Source of the DNA: Halanaerobiales bacterium
GTDB lineage: Bacteria > Bacillota > Halanaerobiia > B1SED10-174
Reading direction: 5' to 3'
DNA length: 59,552 bases
Assembly: GCA_003551905.1 (NCBI GenBank)
Contig: PUNT01000031.1
Location: forward strand, 1 to 59,552
The position numbers and the translations under genes were made by a program. Positions 46,523 through 56,851 of the stretch are shown piece after piece. The notes beneath the pieces are model-generated. The model was not told the origin of the DNA. It saw nothing but the letters and a program-made list of their open reading frames with translations, and ran no database searches. Position 1 is the first letter of the stretch. Every line of letters begins with the position of its first letter.

Positions 46523-48856
46523 ATGAAAAATAATGGAAAAAAGCAAATGCCATTGCTGCCCCTGCGAGGTGTTGTGGTTTTCCCCAATATGGTAATGCCC
46601 CTTATGGTTGGTAGACCCAAATCCATGGCTGCCCTGGAAAAGGCAATGGTAGATGAAAGATTTATTCTTTTATGTGCCCAGAAGGAAGATAGTTTGGATG
46701 AACCTGGACCTGTTGATATCTATAATATTGGAACGGTGGCAGAGATAAAGCAGCTAATCAAGCTTCCTGATGGGTCCATAAAGATTATTGTTGAGGGCCT
46801 TTACCGGGCCCAGATTCATGATTTTCTGGATGAAGAATCTCATTTTGAGGTAGAAGTAAAAGAAGTTGAAGAAGAGGAAGAGAAGACGCCAGAAATAGAA
46901 GCCATGATGCGCATGGTGGTGGATTGCTTTGAAGAAATTGTCAAAGTGAGTAAAAAGATTCCCACAGAAGTTGTTGTGACCATTTCCAACATGGAGGATG
47001 GAGGCCGCTTAGCAGATGTCCTGGTAACTCACCTGAACCTGAAGGTAAAGGAGCAGCAGGAAATTCTGGAGGCCTTGTCCTCTCTGGACAGACTGGAGAA
47101 ACTGTATAAGATCCTGGAAAAAGAACATGAAATAATTTCTGTGGAGCAGAAAATCGAATCTAGGATTCGCAAGCAAGTGGAAAAAACCCAGAAAGAATAT
47201 TATTTGCGCGAACAGTTGAAAGCCATAAAGGAAGAACTGGGCAATTATGGTGAAGAAGATGATGAGATAAATGAGTATCGCAACCGCATGGAAGAAATTG
47301 ACATGCCGGAAGACGTGCAGGAAAAGGTGGAAAAGGAAATGGAAAAGTTGAGCAATATGCCACCTATGAGTGCCGAAGCGGTTGTGGTTAGAAATTATTT
47401 AGACTGCATACTGGAACTTCCCTGGAGTCAGGTATCTGAAGATCGCCTGGATATTGAAATAGCCAAGAAAATTTTAGATGAGGATCATTATGCTCTGGAG
47501 GATGTGAAAGACCGGATACTGGAATATCTGGCTGTGCGTCAGCTTTCACCCGATCTCAAGAGCCCAGTATTGTGTTTGGTGGGGGCTCCCGGGGTAGGAA
47601 AAACCTCCCTGGCCAAGTCCATAGCCAGGGCCCTTGAGAAGAAATTCCTGCGAATTTCCCTGGGAGGGGTAAGGGATGAAGCAGAGATTAGAGGCCACCG
47701 GCGAACCTATGTAGGTTCACGTCCCGGACGCATTATTAACGCAATGCGCAATGCCGGGGTGGGCAATCCCCTGTTCCTCCTGGATGAAATAGACAAGATG
47801 AGCACCGACTTCCGGGGCGATCCTTCTGCAGCACTCCTGGAAGTCCTTGACCCGGAACAGAATCATGAGTTCAGCGACCATTATCTGGAAGTACCCTTTG
47901 ACCTGTCTAAAGTATTCTTCATTACCACAGCTAACGTTGAATACACCATACCTCCTGCTCTACTGGACCGGATGGAAGTCATCCACCTGCCAGGTTATAC
48001 TGAGGAGGAGAAGGTGCAGATTGCAAAAAATCATTTGATCCCCAGGCAGTTAAAAGAACACTCCCTCAACAGTGATGGCTTGAAATTTACTGATGAAGGA
48101 CTGCAGGGAATTATAAAGCTCTATACCAGAGAAGCCGGCGTGCGAACTCTGGAGAAAAAGCTGGCTACCATAATGCGCAAGGTTGCCAGGTCCATGGTGG
48201 AACAGGATGTGACTAATATAGTAATTCAAGAGGATAATGTGAGCATCTACCTGGGCCCACCCCTTTACAGGCAGAGCCTGGTTCAGGGGGAGAAGAGGAT
48301 AGGAGTGGCTACAGGAGTTGCCTATACAGAAACAGGTGGAGATATACTGGATATAGAGGTGGCTGTGGTTCCTGGCAGTGGCAAACTTATCCTGACCGGT
48401 CAACTTGGTGATATTATGAAGGAATCTGCCAAAGCGGCCTTGAGTTATGCCCGAGCCCGGCAAAAAGTTTTGGGTCTGCCAGAAGGGTTTCACAATGAGA
48501 AGGATGTTCATATTCATGTTCCCCAGGGTGCAGTTCCCAAGGATGGTCCTTCAGCAGGTATTACCATTGCTGTGGCTTTAATTTCTGCCCTGGGAGAAAA
48601 AAATATTCCCGGTGATGTGGCCATGAGTGGTGAGATAACCCTCAGGGGTAGAGTGTTAAATGTAGGAGGTATAAAGACAAAGGTTCTGGCTGCTCACCGG
48701 GGCGGTATCCTAACCATCATACTCCCCAGGGAAAACGAGCCTCAATTGCAGGAAGTGCCTGACTATATCAAGAAAGAAATGAATTTTGTCCTGGTTAATC
48801 ACATGGATGAGGTTATGGATTTTTTACTGGGGGAAGAGGAAAGAGATAATGAGTGA
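46523..48856 (+). CDS. lon: ATP-dependent protease Lon (LonA)
   Basis: ...[23 protein letters not shown]..., GPPGVGKTS-type Walker A (GAPGVGKTS), ...[19 protein letters not shown]... ATG 46523 follows GGGAGG. Confidence 0.97.
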   Translation: MKNNGKKQMPLLPLRGVVVFPNMVMPLMVGRPKSMAALEKAMVDERFILLCAQKEDSLDEPGPVDIYNIGTVAEIKQLIKLPDGSIKIIVEGLYRAQIHDFLDEESHFEVEVKEVEEEEEKTPEIEAMMRMVVDCFEEIVKVSKKIPTEVVVTISNMEDGGRLADVLVTHLNLKVKEQQEILEALSSLDRLEKLYKILEKEHEIISVEQKIESRIRKQVEKTQKEYYLREQLKAIKEELGNYGEEDDEINEYRNRMEEIDMPEDVQEKVEKEMEKLSNMPPMSAEAVVVRNYLDCILELPWSQVSEDRLDIEIAKKILDEDHYALEDVKDRILEYLAVRQLSPDLKSPVLCLVGAPGVGKTSLAKSIARALEKKFLRISLGGVRDEAEIRGHRRTYVGSRPGRIINAMRNAGVGNPLFLLDEIDKMSTDFRGDPSAALLEVLDPEQNHEFSDHYLEVPFDLSKVFFITTANVEYTIPPALLDRMEVIHLPGYTEEEKVQIAKNHLIPRQLKEHSLNSDGLKFTDEGLQGIIKLYTREAGVRTLEKKLATIMRKVARSMVEQDVTNIVIQEDNVSIYLGPPLYRQSLVQGEKRIGVATGVAYTETGGDILDIEVAVVPGSGKLILTGQLGDIMKESAKAALSYARARQKVLGLPEGFHNEKDVHIHVPQGAVPKDGPSAGITIAVALISALGEKNIPGDVAMSGEITLRGRVLNVGGIKTKVLAAHRGGILTIILPRENEPQLQEVPDYIKKEMNFVLVNHMDEVMDFLLGEEERDNE

Positions 48857-49433
48857 AAACACCTGTTTATTGAAGATGACTACAAGTAAAAAGGATTATC
48901 CCCAGCTGGAACTGCCAGAAGTTGCCCTGGCTGGCCGGTCCAATGTGGGAAAGTCTTCTTTGATCAATGCCCTTGTCAGCAGGCGAAATCTTGCCTATAT
49001 TAGCGGTCGTCCGGGCAAGACCAGAACCATAAATTTTTACAAAATAGAGGATAAGTTCATCCTGGTTGACCTCCCTGGATATGGATATGCCCGAGTTTCT
49101 AAGGGGGAAAGGATGAAGTGGGGGCAGATGATAGACGAATATCTTAATAACAGGGATAATCTCAGGGGGATAGTTCAGATCCTGGATATCCGTCATGAAC
49201 CAACAGAACTTGATCAAAAGATGTTTAACTGGATAAAGACAGTAGGTATTCCTTTCCTTCTGGTGGCCACCAAATGCGATAAGATAAGCAAGGGTAAATG
49301 GCAGCACCATAGTATGAGGATTATAAATAGCCTGGATAAAAGTATTGAGTGGGACAAACTGGTACCGTTTTCTGCTGTCAAAGGCACCGGCCGCAATGAA
49401 GTATGGGGGTTTTTAACTAATGTCACATCATAA
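48849..49433 (+). CDS. engB: Ribosome-biogenesis GTPase EngB/YsxC
   Basis: ...PEVALAGRSNVGKSSLINAL..., ...LVDLPGYGYA..., ...ATKCDK... ATG 48849 overlaps the lon stop. Confidence 0.9.
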   Translation: MSENTCLLKMTTSKKDYPQLELPEVALAGRSNVGKSSLINALVSRRNLAYISGRPGKTRTINFYKIEDKFILVDLPGYGYARVSKGERMKWGQMIDEYLNNRDNLRGIVQILDIRHEPTELDQKMFNWIKTVGIPFLLVATKCDKISKGKWQHHSMRIINSLDKSIEWDKLVPFSAVKGTGRNEVWGFLTNVTS

Positions 49434-50187
49434 GAATTATCAAGGGGATGAGCCCTATAGTGTTCTGGCCAGGTTCTATGATGACTTGATGAAGGTTGTT
49501 GATTATGAAGGCTGGCTGGATTACCTGGAAAAACTCCTGAAGCATTACCGGCTGGTCCCCCGAACCATACTTGATCTGGCTTGTGGTACCGGTAATATGG
49601 CCATTCCCCTGGCTCAAAAGGGCTACAAGGTTTATGGGGTGGATAGGTCCAGGGACATGTTAGAGATGGCAGAGAAGAAAAAAACAGATAAGAGTAATCC
49701 AGTATTTATATGTCAGGACATGCGTCAGTTAGCCTTAGCTGAGAGGGTTGACCTGGTAGTTTCTTTCTACGACAGCGTCAATTATATTAAGAGTTTTGAT
49801 GAGCTTATCATCACCTTCAAAAATGTGGAGAAGGTTTTGCATCCGGGTGGTTATTTTATTTTTGACTTCAATACTGCTCACCGCATAAAAAGTATAAAAG
49901 AAGGTATTCATATTTATGAGGGGAATAACTATACATGTTTCTGGCGAGATAGGATTGACCGGGAGAAATGTTACTGGTGGGCAGAATTAACCATCTTTCT
50001 CCGGGAGGGGAGAGAGAATTATCGACGCTACAGGGAAGTTCACCTGGAAAGGGGGTATTCTGCTGGTGAAATGGCCCGGGCTGTCATGGCAGGAGGTCTA
50101 AAAAAAATAGGCAGCCTGGAAGCCTATACTTTTGAAAAAGGCTGGGATAATTGTGACCGGTTGTTTTTTATTTGCCAGAAAGTTTGA
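49420..50187 (+). CDS. Class I SAM-dependent methyltransferase
   Basis: ...ILDLACGTGNMAIPLAQKGYKVYGVDRS... (motif I), ...DLVVSFYDS..., ...LHPGGYFIFD... Confidence 0.8.
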   Translation: MSHHKNYQGDEPYSVLARFYDDLMKVVDYEGWLDYLEKLLKHYRLVPRTILDLACGTGNMAIPLAQKGYKVYGVDRSRDMLEMAEKKKTDKSNPVFICQDMRQLALAERVDLVVSFYDSVNYIKSFDELIITFKNVEKVLHPGGYFIFDFNTAHRIKSIKEGIHIYEGNNYTCFWRDRIDREKCYWWAELTIFLREGRENYRRYREVHLERGYSAGEMARAVMAGGLKKIGSLEAYTFEKGWDNCDRLFFICQKV

Positions 50188-50217
50188 GGATAATAAGGGG
50201 TGTGAGGAGTTGATTGA

Positions 50218-51888
50218 GTGAATAAGGGGAGTTCTTTTGCAGTTCTATTAATAGTTCTCTTACTGATGGTTTTTTTTAATTTTTCTTCAGTATCTGCTGC
50301 CCCGCGATTTCTAATAATTCATGTTGATGCAATTTCATCGGAGTTATTCTTTGAACAAATGGAAGCCGGAGGACTTCCAAACCTGGAACGGGTTTTTTCC
50401 CGAGGCAGCATGATCAGATATGGAATGACTTCTTTTCCCGGGGGTACTGAAACTACTCTTACTCGTCTTAAAGACAGCTTAAATACTGATGAAGGGAATA
50501 TTGTTAGTTATACCATGCTTGATCAGGGTGAGGGAGGTAGGGTTGAAGATAATATTCAAGGTTTGTTTAACATAATGCCTGATGCTGGTAAGGATGCCCT
50601 TATGCTATGGAATATATTACCCAATTTGCAGCGCCGTTCCCTGAGCCATGTCATATATGGCATACCTGTTTTTGATATTCTGGGAGGACTGGCCTTACAT
50701 AATGTGCCTAGACTCCTGGAGAAATACAACATAGTGGAGTTTTACTGGTTCAGCAGTGATGGGGTTGGCCATATATTTGGTAGAGATGCTCAGCTCAAGA
50801 ATCTACAGAGATTTGACAGCTATTTTGGCAACATGATAGATAGGCTCAACTGCCTGGAGAATTTGAATATTATTGTATATGCAGATCATGGCATGTCCTA
50901 TGGAGATATGGTGCATGTACAGACCAGCCAGGAAGCAAAGGATGCCGCTGGCGATAAATTATTATACTTTTCCTATCCCCATGTCTATCTGTCAGATGAT
51001 GCTGATATAGAAGCAATAGCTAAAAAAATAGCCTGGGAAAAAGAATTTGATTATGCTTTTTACCGGCAAGCTCCTGATGTGGTAACTGGTTTTCATGAAG
51101 AGGGAAGCCATCTAACATTTAAAGGGGGGGAAGAGGGTATTAGTTACTCATTTACCGGTGAGGATACCCTGGGGTATTATAATATGGGTTACGAAGGCGA
51201 GTATTTAACAGGTGAAGAATGGTTAACTATAACCAGGGAAATGGAATATCCGGCAGTTCCACCTGCAGTGTATAACCTTTTAATGAATCCCCACTCCGGC
51301 CATGTGGTGGCAGTTATTAACCCCCCTCGGATACCTGCAAATTTGGCGTTACAGCATGGAAGTCATTCAGGGTTTTCCAGCACCTGTCTCATGGTTCCCA
51401 TTCTACTTAAGGGGCCGGAATTGGAGCATTTGTACCAGAAAGAAGAGCTGTGGTTATATCAGACTTTTCCCCTGATAGAGGGGATGGATTTCAATAATTT
51501 TGAGCCAGGAAGAGAATACCATACTGTGCGGATCTGGTCCAACAGGGATGGTGAAATAGGTGGGAGCTTATCGTTTTCGCCGACCTACCGCTGGCGTCTG
51601 GGACTGGAATACAATGATTACTACAAGGCCTGGGGGGAATATGATTTCTTCAGCACCTTTTTAACCAGATTATGGTTGGGGGCAGGGTTGCAGTACCGGG
51701 ATGATCAATTAAGTCCTCTGGGAGGAATGAAAGTAGAATTTACTGTTGGCAACTTAACTCTGAATTATCAGGGGCAGACCACCGGCCAGGGCTGGGATTC
51801 TTCTACCTATATATCGTACCAGATATTGCCCCGGTTATCCATGGAAACCATATTTAATGGAGCTCTGGGTATGCAGTATGAGTGGTAA
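50218..51888 (+). CDS. Secreted alkaline-phosphatase-superfamily phosphodiesterase/nucleotide pyrophosphatase fused to a C-terminal beta-barrel-like module (paralogue 1)
   Basis: 556 aa. GTG after GAGGAG. Signal peptide ...SSVSA. Motifs LIIHVDAIS, FPGGTETT, SSDGVGHIFG and YADHGMS in NPP order. The last ~130 aa are amphipathic strands ending ...GALGMQYEW. Confidence 0.8.
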   Translation: MNKGSSFAVLLIVLLLMVFFNFSSVSAAPRFLIIHVDAISSELFFEQMEAGGLPNLERVFSRGSMIRYGMTSFPGGTETTLTRLKDSLNTDEGNIVSYTMLDQGEGGRVEDNIQGLFNIMPDAGKDALMLWNILPNLQRRSLSHVIYGIPVFDILGGLALHNVPRLLEKYNIVEFYWFSSDGVGHIFGRDAQLKNLQRFDSYFGNMIDRLNCLENLNIIVYADHGMSYGDMVHVQTSQEAKDAAGDKLLYFSYPHVYLSDDADIEAIAKKIAWEKEFDYAFYRQAPDVVTGFHEEGSHLTFKGGEEGISYSFTGEDTLGYYNMGYEGEYLTGEEWLTITREMEYPAVPPAVYNLLMNPHSGHVVAVINPPRIPANLALQHGSHSGFSSTCLMVPILLKGPELEHLYQKEELWLYQTFPLIEGMDFNNFEPGREYHTVRIWSNRDGEIGGSLSFSPTYRWRLGLEYNDYYKAWGEYDFFSTFLTRLWLGAGLQYRDDQLSPLGGMKVEFTVGNLTLNYQGQTTGQGWDSSTYISYQILPRLSMETIFNGALGMQYEW

Positions 51889-51933
51889 ATTAGCTTCAAT
51901 GCTTGTTTAAAAAATACACAAGGAGCTGATAAA

Positions 51934-53562
51934 GTGCCAATTACCAGGCTAAGAAAGGCGGTAATGATTGCACTCTTGTTAATTTTCTGCTTTAACCTCT
52001 CAGCTATGTCCAGTTCACCAAAGTTTTTAATAATTCATGTAGACGGGGTTTCGGCAGATTTTTTCTTTGAAGCGATGGAAGCTGGCGGTTTTCCCAACAT
52101 GGAAAGGGTATTTTCTGATGGTAATATGATTAAACATGGTCTAACTCTTTTCCCCGGGGGCACTGAAACCATACTAACCCGTTTTAAAGAGGGGAAAGAT
52201 ACCAGTGAAGGTGATATTGTGAGCTGGGCAATATTTGATCGGGAAGAAGAGCGTATAGTAGGTAGAGATGCCCTGGTTTTTCTCAATATTTTGCCCAATG
52301 TTGCCCGTCGTTCTTTGGGTCTTTTTTTCTACGGTATTTTTGTTTTTGATGTCTTTGGTGGGGTGGCAATGCATAACGTGCCCAGTCTTCTGGAAAAGTA
52401 CAATGTGGTGGAGTATTACTGGTACAGCAGTGATGGGGTTGGTCACATATTTGGCCAGAAAGCCCAGCTAGAAAACTTAAAGCGGTTTGACAGTTATTTC
52501 GGTGATATGGTTGAGCGCCTGGGGGATATAGACGATTTGAACATTATACTGTACGGAGATCATGGCATGTCCTATGGCGATGTTATTCATGTGCCCACTC
52601 CGGATGAGGCAGAAGCTGCAGCAGGAGATGACTTCCTGGCTTTCTCCTATCCCCACATATATTTGGCAGAGGGCGCTGATGCAGAAAATATTGCAGAAAA
52701 AGCTGCCACAGAGAGAGACTTTGATTATGCCTTTTATCGAGGTTCTGAGAATATGGTAATTGGTTTCCATGAAAGTGGCAATGAATTAAGGTTCAAGGGT
52801 AGTGAAGCAGGGATTAGTTATACCTATGAAGGTGAGGATACCCTGGGGTACTATGACCTGGGTTATGATTGTGAATACCTCTCGCATAATGAATGGCTGG
52901 CATTAACCCGAGATGCAGAGTATCCAGCAACTCCTCCATTGATCTACAACTTGATTATGAATCCCAATTCAGGTGATGTGCTGGCTATTGTAAATCCTCC
53001 CAGAATCCCCAGCAACATTCTTCTCCGGGAAGCCAATCATGCAGGTCTTTCCCGCACCTGTTTAATGGTACCAATACTTCTCAGGGGGCCAGATTTAGAA
53101 CATCTTTATCATGAAGAGGAGATGTGGCTCCATGAACTTCTTGTCCAGATTGATGCCCTGGACTTTGCCGAGAAAAACCCCAGAAGAGAGAATCATTCCT
53201 TGCGAGTCTGGTGGGATCTTGATGGTCAATTAGGTGGGAGTTTATCCTTTTCTCCCGCTTACCGGTGGAGAATAGGGGTTGAATATGATGAGGATTATAA
53301 AGCATGGGGCGAATTTGACATTTTGAGTACCTATCTTGCCCGGATCTGGCTTGCTGCCGGTTTGCAGTACAGTGACAATAAACTAGCCCCTTTGGGGGGC
53401 TGTAAGGTAGAATTCACTGTAGGTAATCTCTCACTGAATTACAGGGGAGAAACCGGTGGAGAAGAATGGGATTCTGCTGTGTATCTTTCCTACCGGCTTT
53501 TGCCAGAATTTTCTCTGGAAGCATTGCTTGATGGAGCAGTGGGATTACGCTGGGAGTGGTAA
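51934..53562 (+). CDS. Secreted AP-superfamily phosphodiesterase fused to a C-terminal beta-barrel-like module (paralogue 2)
   Basis: 542 aa. GTG after AAGGAG. Signal peptide ...LSAMS. Motifs LIIHVDGVS, FPGGTETI, SSDGVGHIFG and YGDHGMS. C-terminus ...GAVGLRWEW. Confidence 0.8.
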   Translation: MPITRLRKAVMIALLLIFCFNLSAMSSSPKFLIIHVDGVSADFFFEAMEAGGFPNMERVFSDGNMIKHGLTLFPGGTETILTRFKEGKDTSEGDIVSWAIFDREEERIVGRDALVFLNILPNVARRSLGLFFYGIFVFDVFGGVAMHNVPSLLEKYNVVEYYWYSSDGVGHIFGQKAQLENLKRFDSYFGDMVERLGDIDDLNIILYGDHGMSYGDVIHVPTPDEAEAAAGDDFLAFSYPHIYLAEGADAENIAEKAATERDFDYAFYRGSENMVIGFHESGNELRFKGSEAGISYTYEGEDTLGYYDLGYDCEYLSHNEWLALTRDAEYPATPPLIYNLIMNPNSGDVLAIVNPPRIPSNILLREANHAGLSRTCLMVPILLRGPDLEHLYHEEEMWLHELLVQIDALDFAEKNPRRENHSLRVWWDLDGQLGGSLSFSPAYRWRIGVEYDEDYKAWGEFDILSTYLARIWLAAGLQYSDNKLAPLGGCKVEFTVGNLSLNYRGETGGEEWDSAVYLSYRLLPEFSLEALLDGAVGLRWEW

Positions 53563-54587
53563 AAATACCGCATAAATAGGAAATATGAGATTCCCAGGAA
53601 AAAAGCCCAGATAAGAGTATAGGTGTATTTATTGTTCCAGAGCAGGGAAACCTGGATCTGGGTTTCCCATGTTAAAGATTCATAAAGATCTTCAGGACCG
53701 ATAAAGGCTAAGGTAAAAGGTATCTCTTCAAATATGACCACTTCTTCTCCCTGGGAGATATCCAGGTCCTTCATAATTCCTTTTTCCAGGAATGGATAAT
53801 TCAGAACACTGAAGATACTGTTCTTATTGGGAGTACACCTGACCCAGCCTTTCTCAGGGTCATGATACTCTACCCAGTAATGAAGGAGAGGTGTTCTGGT
53901 GATAGAGGGGAAAGATGGAGAAAGGTAAAGGCCTTCAATAAGCCGGCTGGGAATTCCTCGGGTGCGGGCCAGGGCAGTTAGCAGGAGAGCTTTATCCTTC
54001 TCACTGCCTTCTCTGTTGTTTAAAGCTTCCAAAGCAGAGGAATAATCACCGTCATCTTTTTCCTGGATGCTACCTGCAATGAATCTCTGCAGAATATTGA
54101 TATTTTCTTCTTTGGAATTATCCAGTTCTGTAAGGTTTCTGGCAGCACTGACTATCTGGGGATGGGAGGTTTCTATCCCTTCTGATGGGCCCAGATACAA
54201 CTGGTATGGAAGTGAATGCATTTCAGGTCGAGGGTGATCTTTTAGGATTACCTGGTAAGATAATCTCATGGTATTTTTGCCGGGAGGGAGGTCAAGGGGG
54301 TCAAGGAGATAATATTTCTGACCATTGGTTTCTTCCAGAATCTTTCTGGCAGGAGTGGTTTCGTTGATCTTTAGTGCAGCATCCACTATCTCTTGATTAT
54401 GATTCGAAGGTGGCATGAAAAAAAGGCCCCGGTTAAACAAAAGGGGTTTTTTTTCTTCCATGTGTAATTTTTCTACTACATAATAGGTGCTGCTGCCGGG
54501 AATCAACATGAATATAAGGGCTGTACCGGTTGTTAGTAGGGTGATTACAATAATTAAGGAAATAAGTAGCAAATTTCTTGTGGGCAA
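53490..54587 (-). CDS. Membrane-anchored transglutaminase-like domain protein with degenerate catalytic triad
   Basis: ORF track to 54626; TTG 54587 lies 6 nt after AGGAGGA. N- and C-terminal TM helices. Core ...GSEKDKALLLTALARTRGIPSRLIEG...LHYWVEYHDPEKGWVRCTP aligns to G-x-C...GIPAR...H-x-W-x-E...W...DP, with Cys->Glu and Asp->Thr. Confidence 0.7.
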   Translation of the reverse strand: MPTRNLLLISLIIVITLLTTGTALIFMLIPGSSTYYVVEKLHMEEKKPLLFNRGLFFMPPSNHNQEIVDAALKINETTPARKILEETNGQKYYLLDPLDLPPGKNTMRLSYQVILKDHPRPEMHSLPYQLYLGPSEGIETSHPQIVSAARNLTELDNSKEENINILQRFIAGSIQEKDDGDYSSALEALNNREGSEKDKALLLTALARTRGIPSRLIEGLYLSPSFPSITRTPLLHYWVEYHDPEKGWVRCTPNKNSIFSVLNYPFLEKGIMKDLDISQGEEVVIFEEIPFTLAFIGPEDLYESLTWETQIQVSLLWNNKYTYTLIWAFFLGISYFLFMRYFYHSQRNPTAPSSNASRENSGKSR

Positions 54588-54655
54588 GGCTATTCCTCCT
54601 CTTGCGAGCTTTATAGATATTTCCACGGTTTTAGATGATTATCCTTCCTGGGAAA

Positions 54656-54723
54656 GCAAAAAAAATACCCCGATTACTCAGGGTATTTTTTGCTTTGGTT
54701 AAGGGGATATAATCCCCTTAACC
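54656..54723 (-). terminator. Two tandem hairpins (terminator region, partly bidirectional)
   Basis: GGTTAAGGGGA / TCCCCTTAACC (54697-54723) and AAAAATACCC / GGGTATTTTT (54661-54690), flanked by A- and T-runs. Confidence 0.65.
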
Positions 54724-54792
54724 AAGCAGTCTGATTCTTTCCTTTGCATATACCCTGCTGTCATAGAGCAAGGTATCATGCAGCTTTATTTT

Positions 54793-54996
54793 TTAATCCC
54801 ACACCTCGTTTCCTAAATCGTCATCGTCCATGTCATCCCAGTCATTCCACTCTTCGTCATCCAGGGTGGGGTCATCCATGGGGTCGCCCTCATCAAATTC
54901 TATTTCTTCTTCATCTGGAGGTGCACACCCTACGGTTAAGAACCCAAGTACCAGAAGAGCTACTAGCAGCAGGATGAATTTCTTGTTGTAAAACAT
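54793..54996 (-). CDS. Hyper-acidic mini-lipoprotein
   Basis: ATG 54996 after AAGGAGG. MFYNKKFILLLVALLVLGFLTVGC lipobox, then 43 residues with more than half D/E and three Trp (APPDEEEIEFDEGDPMDDPTLDDEEWNDWDDMDDDDLGNEVWD). Confidence 0.7.
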   Translation of the reverse strand: MFYNKKFILLLVALLVLGFLTVGCAPPDEEEIEFDEGDPMDDPTLDDEEWNDWDDMDDDDLGNEVWD

Positions 54997-55090
54997 CAGG
55001 CGTTCCTCCTTTCCTGATTCTCTTTTCATGATCAATTCTATAGCATAGTTGTGAAATTTTTGTGAAATAAGCTAGAGAAAATGATGAACT

Positions 55091-56851
55091 TTATTGTGAA
55101 TCAAGGAGGAAACCAAATGTTGAACCCTGGCCAGTCTCACTTTCCATAAATACCTGGCCACCATGCTGCTCAACTATTTGCTTCACGATGGCCAATCCCA
55201 GACCTGTCCCTTTATTCTTCCAGGCCCTGGATTTGTCTATCTTGTAGAACCTTTCCCAGATATTATGCTGTTCCTCTTTAGATATGCCCGGTCCCTCATC
55301 TTTAACCCAGAAACGAATTTTACTGTTTTCTCTATTTGCTCCAATTATAATTTGGCTGTTATCCGGGGAGAACTTATTGGCATTATCCAGAAGGTTGAGC
55401 AGAACCTGCTTTATTTTTAGCTTATTGGCCTTAAAAAGGATCTCTTCTTTGGGGGTTTTTGTTTCCAATCGCTTGTCGCCATCCTTTATACTTTTTTGGA
55501 ATATAAAGCTGACATTTTCTATAAGCTCCCCGGCTTCAACTGTTTCAAAACGAAGCTCTGGTGTTCGGGAATCATATTCAGCAAGATTTAATATGCCGTT
55601 TGTCAGCTCGGTCAGGCGATTTGATTCTTCCAGTATGATGTTCAGGTAATTTTCTTTTTCTTTGGGGTTTTTAAGGACTCCCTCTATAAGTACTTCTGCA
55701 GCTCCCCTGATAGAAGACAGGGGGGTTTTTAGTTCATGAGATACATTGGTGACAAAATCTTTCTGCAGCTGCTCAAAACGCCAGCGCTCACTGATATCCT
55801 GGAACAAACCCACAGCTCCCAGGACATTATCTTTTCGACCATAAAGTGGGGTGCAGTGAAGGATAATAACCCGGTTATTGATGGTTAGTTCTGTTTCCCA
55901 GGGAGAGCCTGTTTCAATGGTTTTGAGAAATTGTTGTTGAATATCCTCATCCAGACCGGATCTTGCCAGTTTTTCCCCTACAATATTTTTATTTTCCAGA
56001 TTTGTAATGTTGAGGAGTGAGTTGTTGGTAAGAATTACATCCTTGTCCTTGTTAACCGCCAGCACACCTTCCTGCATGCTGCTGAGAATATATTTTAGTT
56101 TGTTACGCTCATTGACCAGTTCGTTTACTGTGTCCTCCAGTTTAAGAGAAAGCTGATTGATTGTTTTTGTCAGGCTGTCAATTTCCTTGCTGCTTTTTTT
56201 GTCTGCTGGCAGGAGCTTTCCATAAGAACCCTCACTGAGTTCCATGGCAACATCACTTATCCTTCTCAGGGGAGAAGAGAGAGTTCTGGCCCAGAGATAG
56301 GCAAAGAGAAAGGCCAGCAGAATGGCCAGAATTGAGGAATAGAGCATGAGGTTTCCTACCTGACGAATGGTAGAATTAATACCAGCCACAGAGGTAAAGA
56401 CCAGAAGACCTCCTTTTATTTCCTGGGAAGAAAAAAGGGGTAGGCCTACCAGCAACATGGGTCTCTCAAAATATGGGGAGCCTACCCGCTGAGAAATGGT
56501 TTCACCTGTAAGCATTTGCTCCAGGTGAGTAAAGTATATCTGCGGTCTTTTTTCTTCAGGGAAAGGAGGGTGACTCATGAGCAGAAAACCACGTTCGTCC
56601 AGAACCCAGGCCTGTCCTTTCTGGGTTTCTGCAACAACTTCCAGCCAGAGGGAAACTTCCTGCCAGTTCTTTTCAGTTAGAGCTTGTGTTAGATAGTCAG
56701 CCATGGCCAGGCTTTGCTCTTTTATCTCTTCTTCCCTTTTTTCAAAGTAAAAGTTTTCGAAAAAATATATTGTGGAAAAACCTAAAACGGTTATTATGAT
56801 GAGGGCAATGAGTATAAAGCGTATGAGAAGCTTGCTAAAAAGGCTAAGCAT
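55091..56851 (-). CDS. Sensor histidine kinase (TM-extracytoplasmic domain-TM-HAMP-PAS-HisKA-HATPase)
   Basis: 586 aa. H-box SHELKTPLSSIRG, G-boxes ...GTGLGLAIVKQIVEQHGG... Overlaps the regulator stop by 8 nt. Confidence 0.9.
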   Translation of the reverse strand: MLSLFSKLLIRFILIALIIITVLGFSTIYFFENFYFEKREEEIKEQSLAMADYLTQALTEKNWQEVSLWLEVVAETQKGQAWVLDERGFLLMSHPPFPEEKRPQIYFTHLEQMLTGETISQRVGSPYFERPMLLVGLPLFSSQEIKGGLLVFTSVAGINSTIRQVGNLMLYSSILAILLAFLFAYLWARTLSSPLRRISDVAMELSEGSYGKLLPADKKSSKEIDSLTKTINQLSLKLEDTVNELVNERNKLKYILSSMQEGVLAVNKDKDVILTNNSLLNITNLENKNIVGEKLARSGLDEDIQQQFLKTIETGSPWETELTINNRVIILHCTPLYGRKDNVLGAVGLFQDISERWRFEQLQKDFVTNVSHELKTPLSSIRGAAEVLIEGVLKNPKEKENYLNIILEESNRLTELTNGILNLAEYDSRTPELRFETVEAGELIENVSFIFQKSIKDGDKRLETKTPKEEILFKANKLKIKQVLLNLLDNANKFSPDNSQIIIGANRENSKIRFWVKDEGPGISKEEQHNIWERFYKIDKSRAWKNKGTGLGLAIVKQIVEQHGGQVFMESETGQGSTFGFLLDSQ

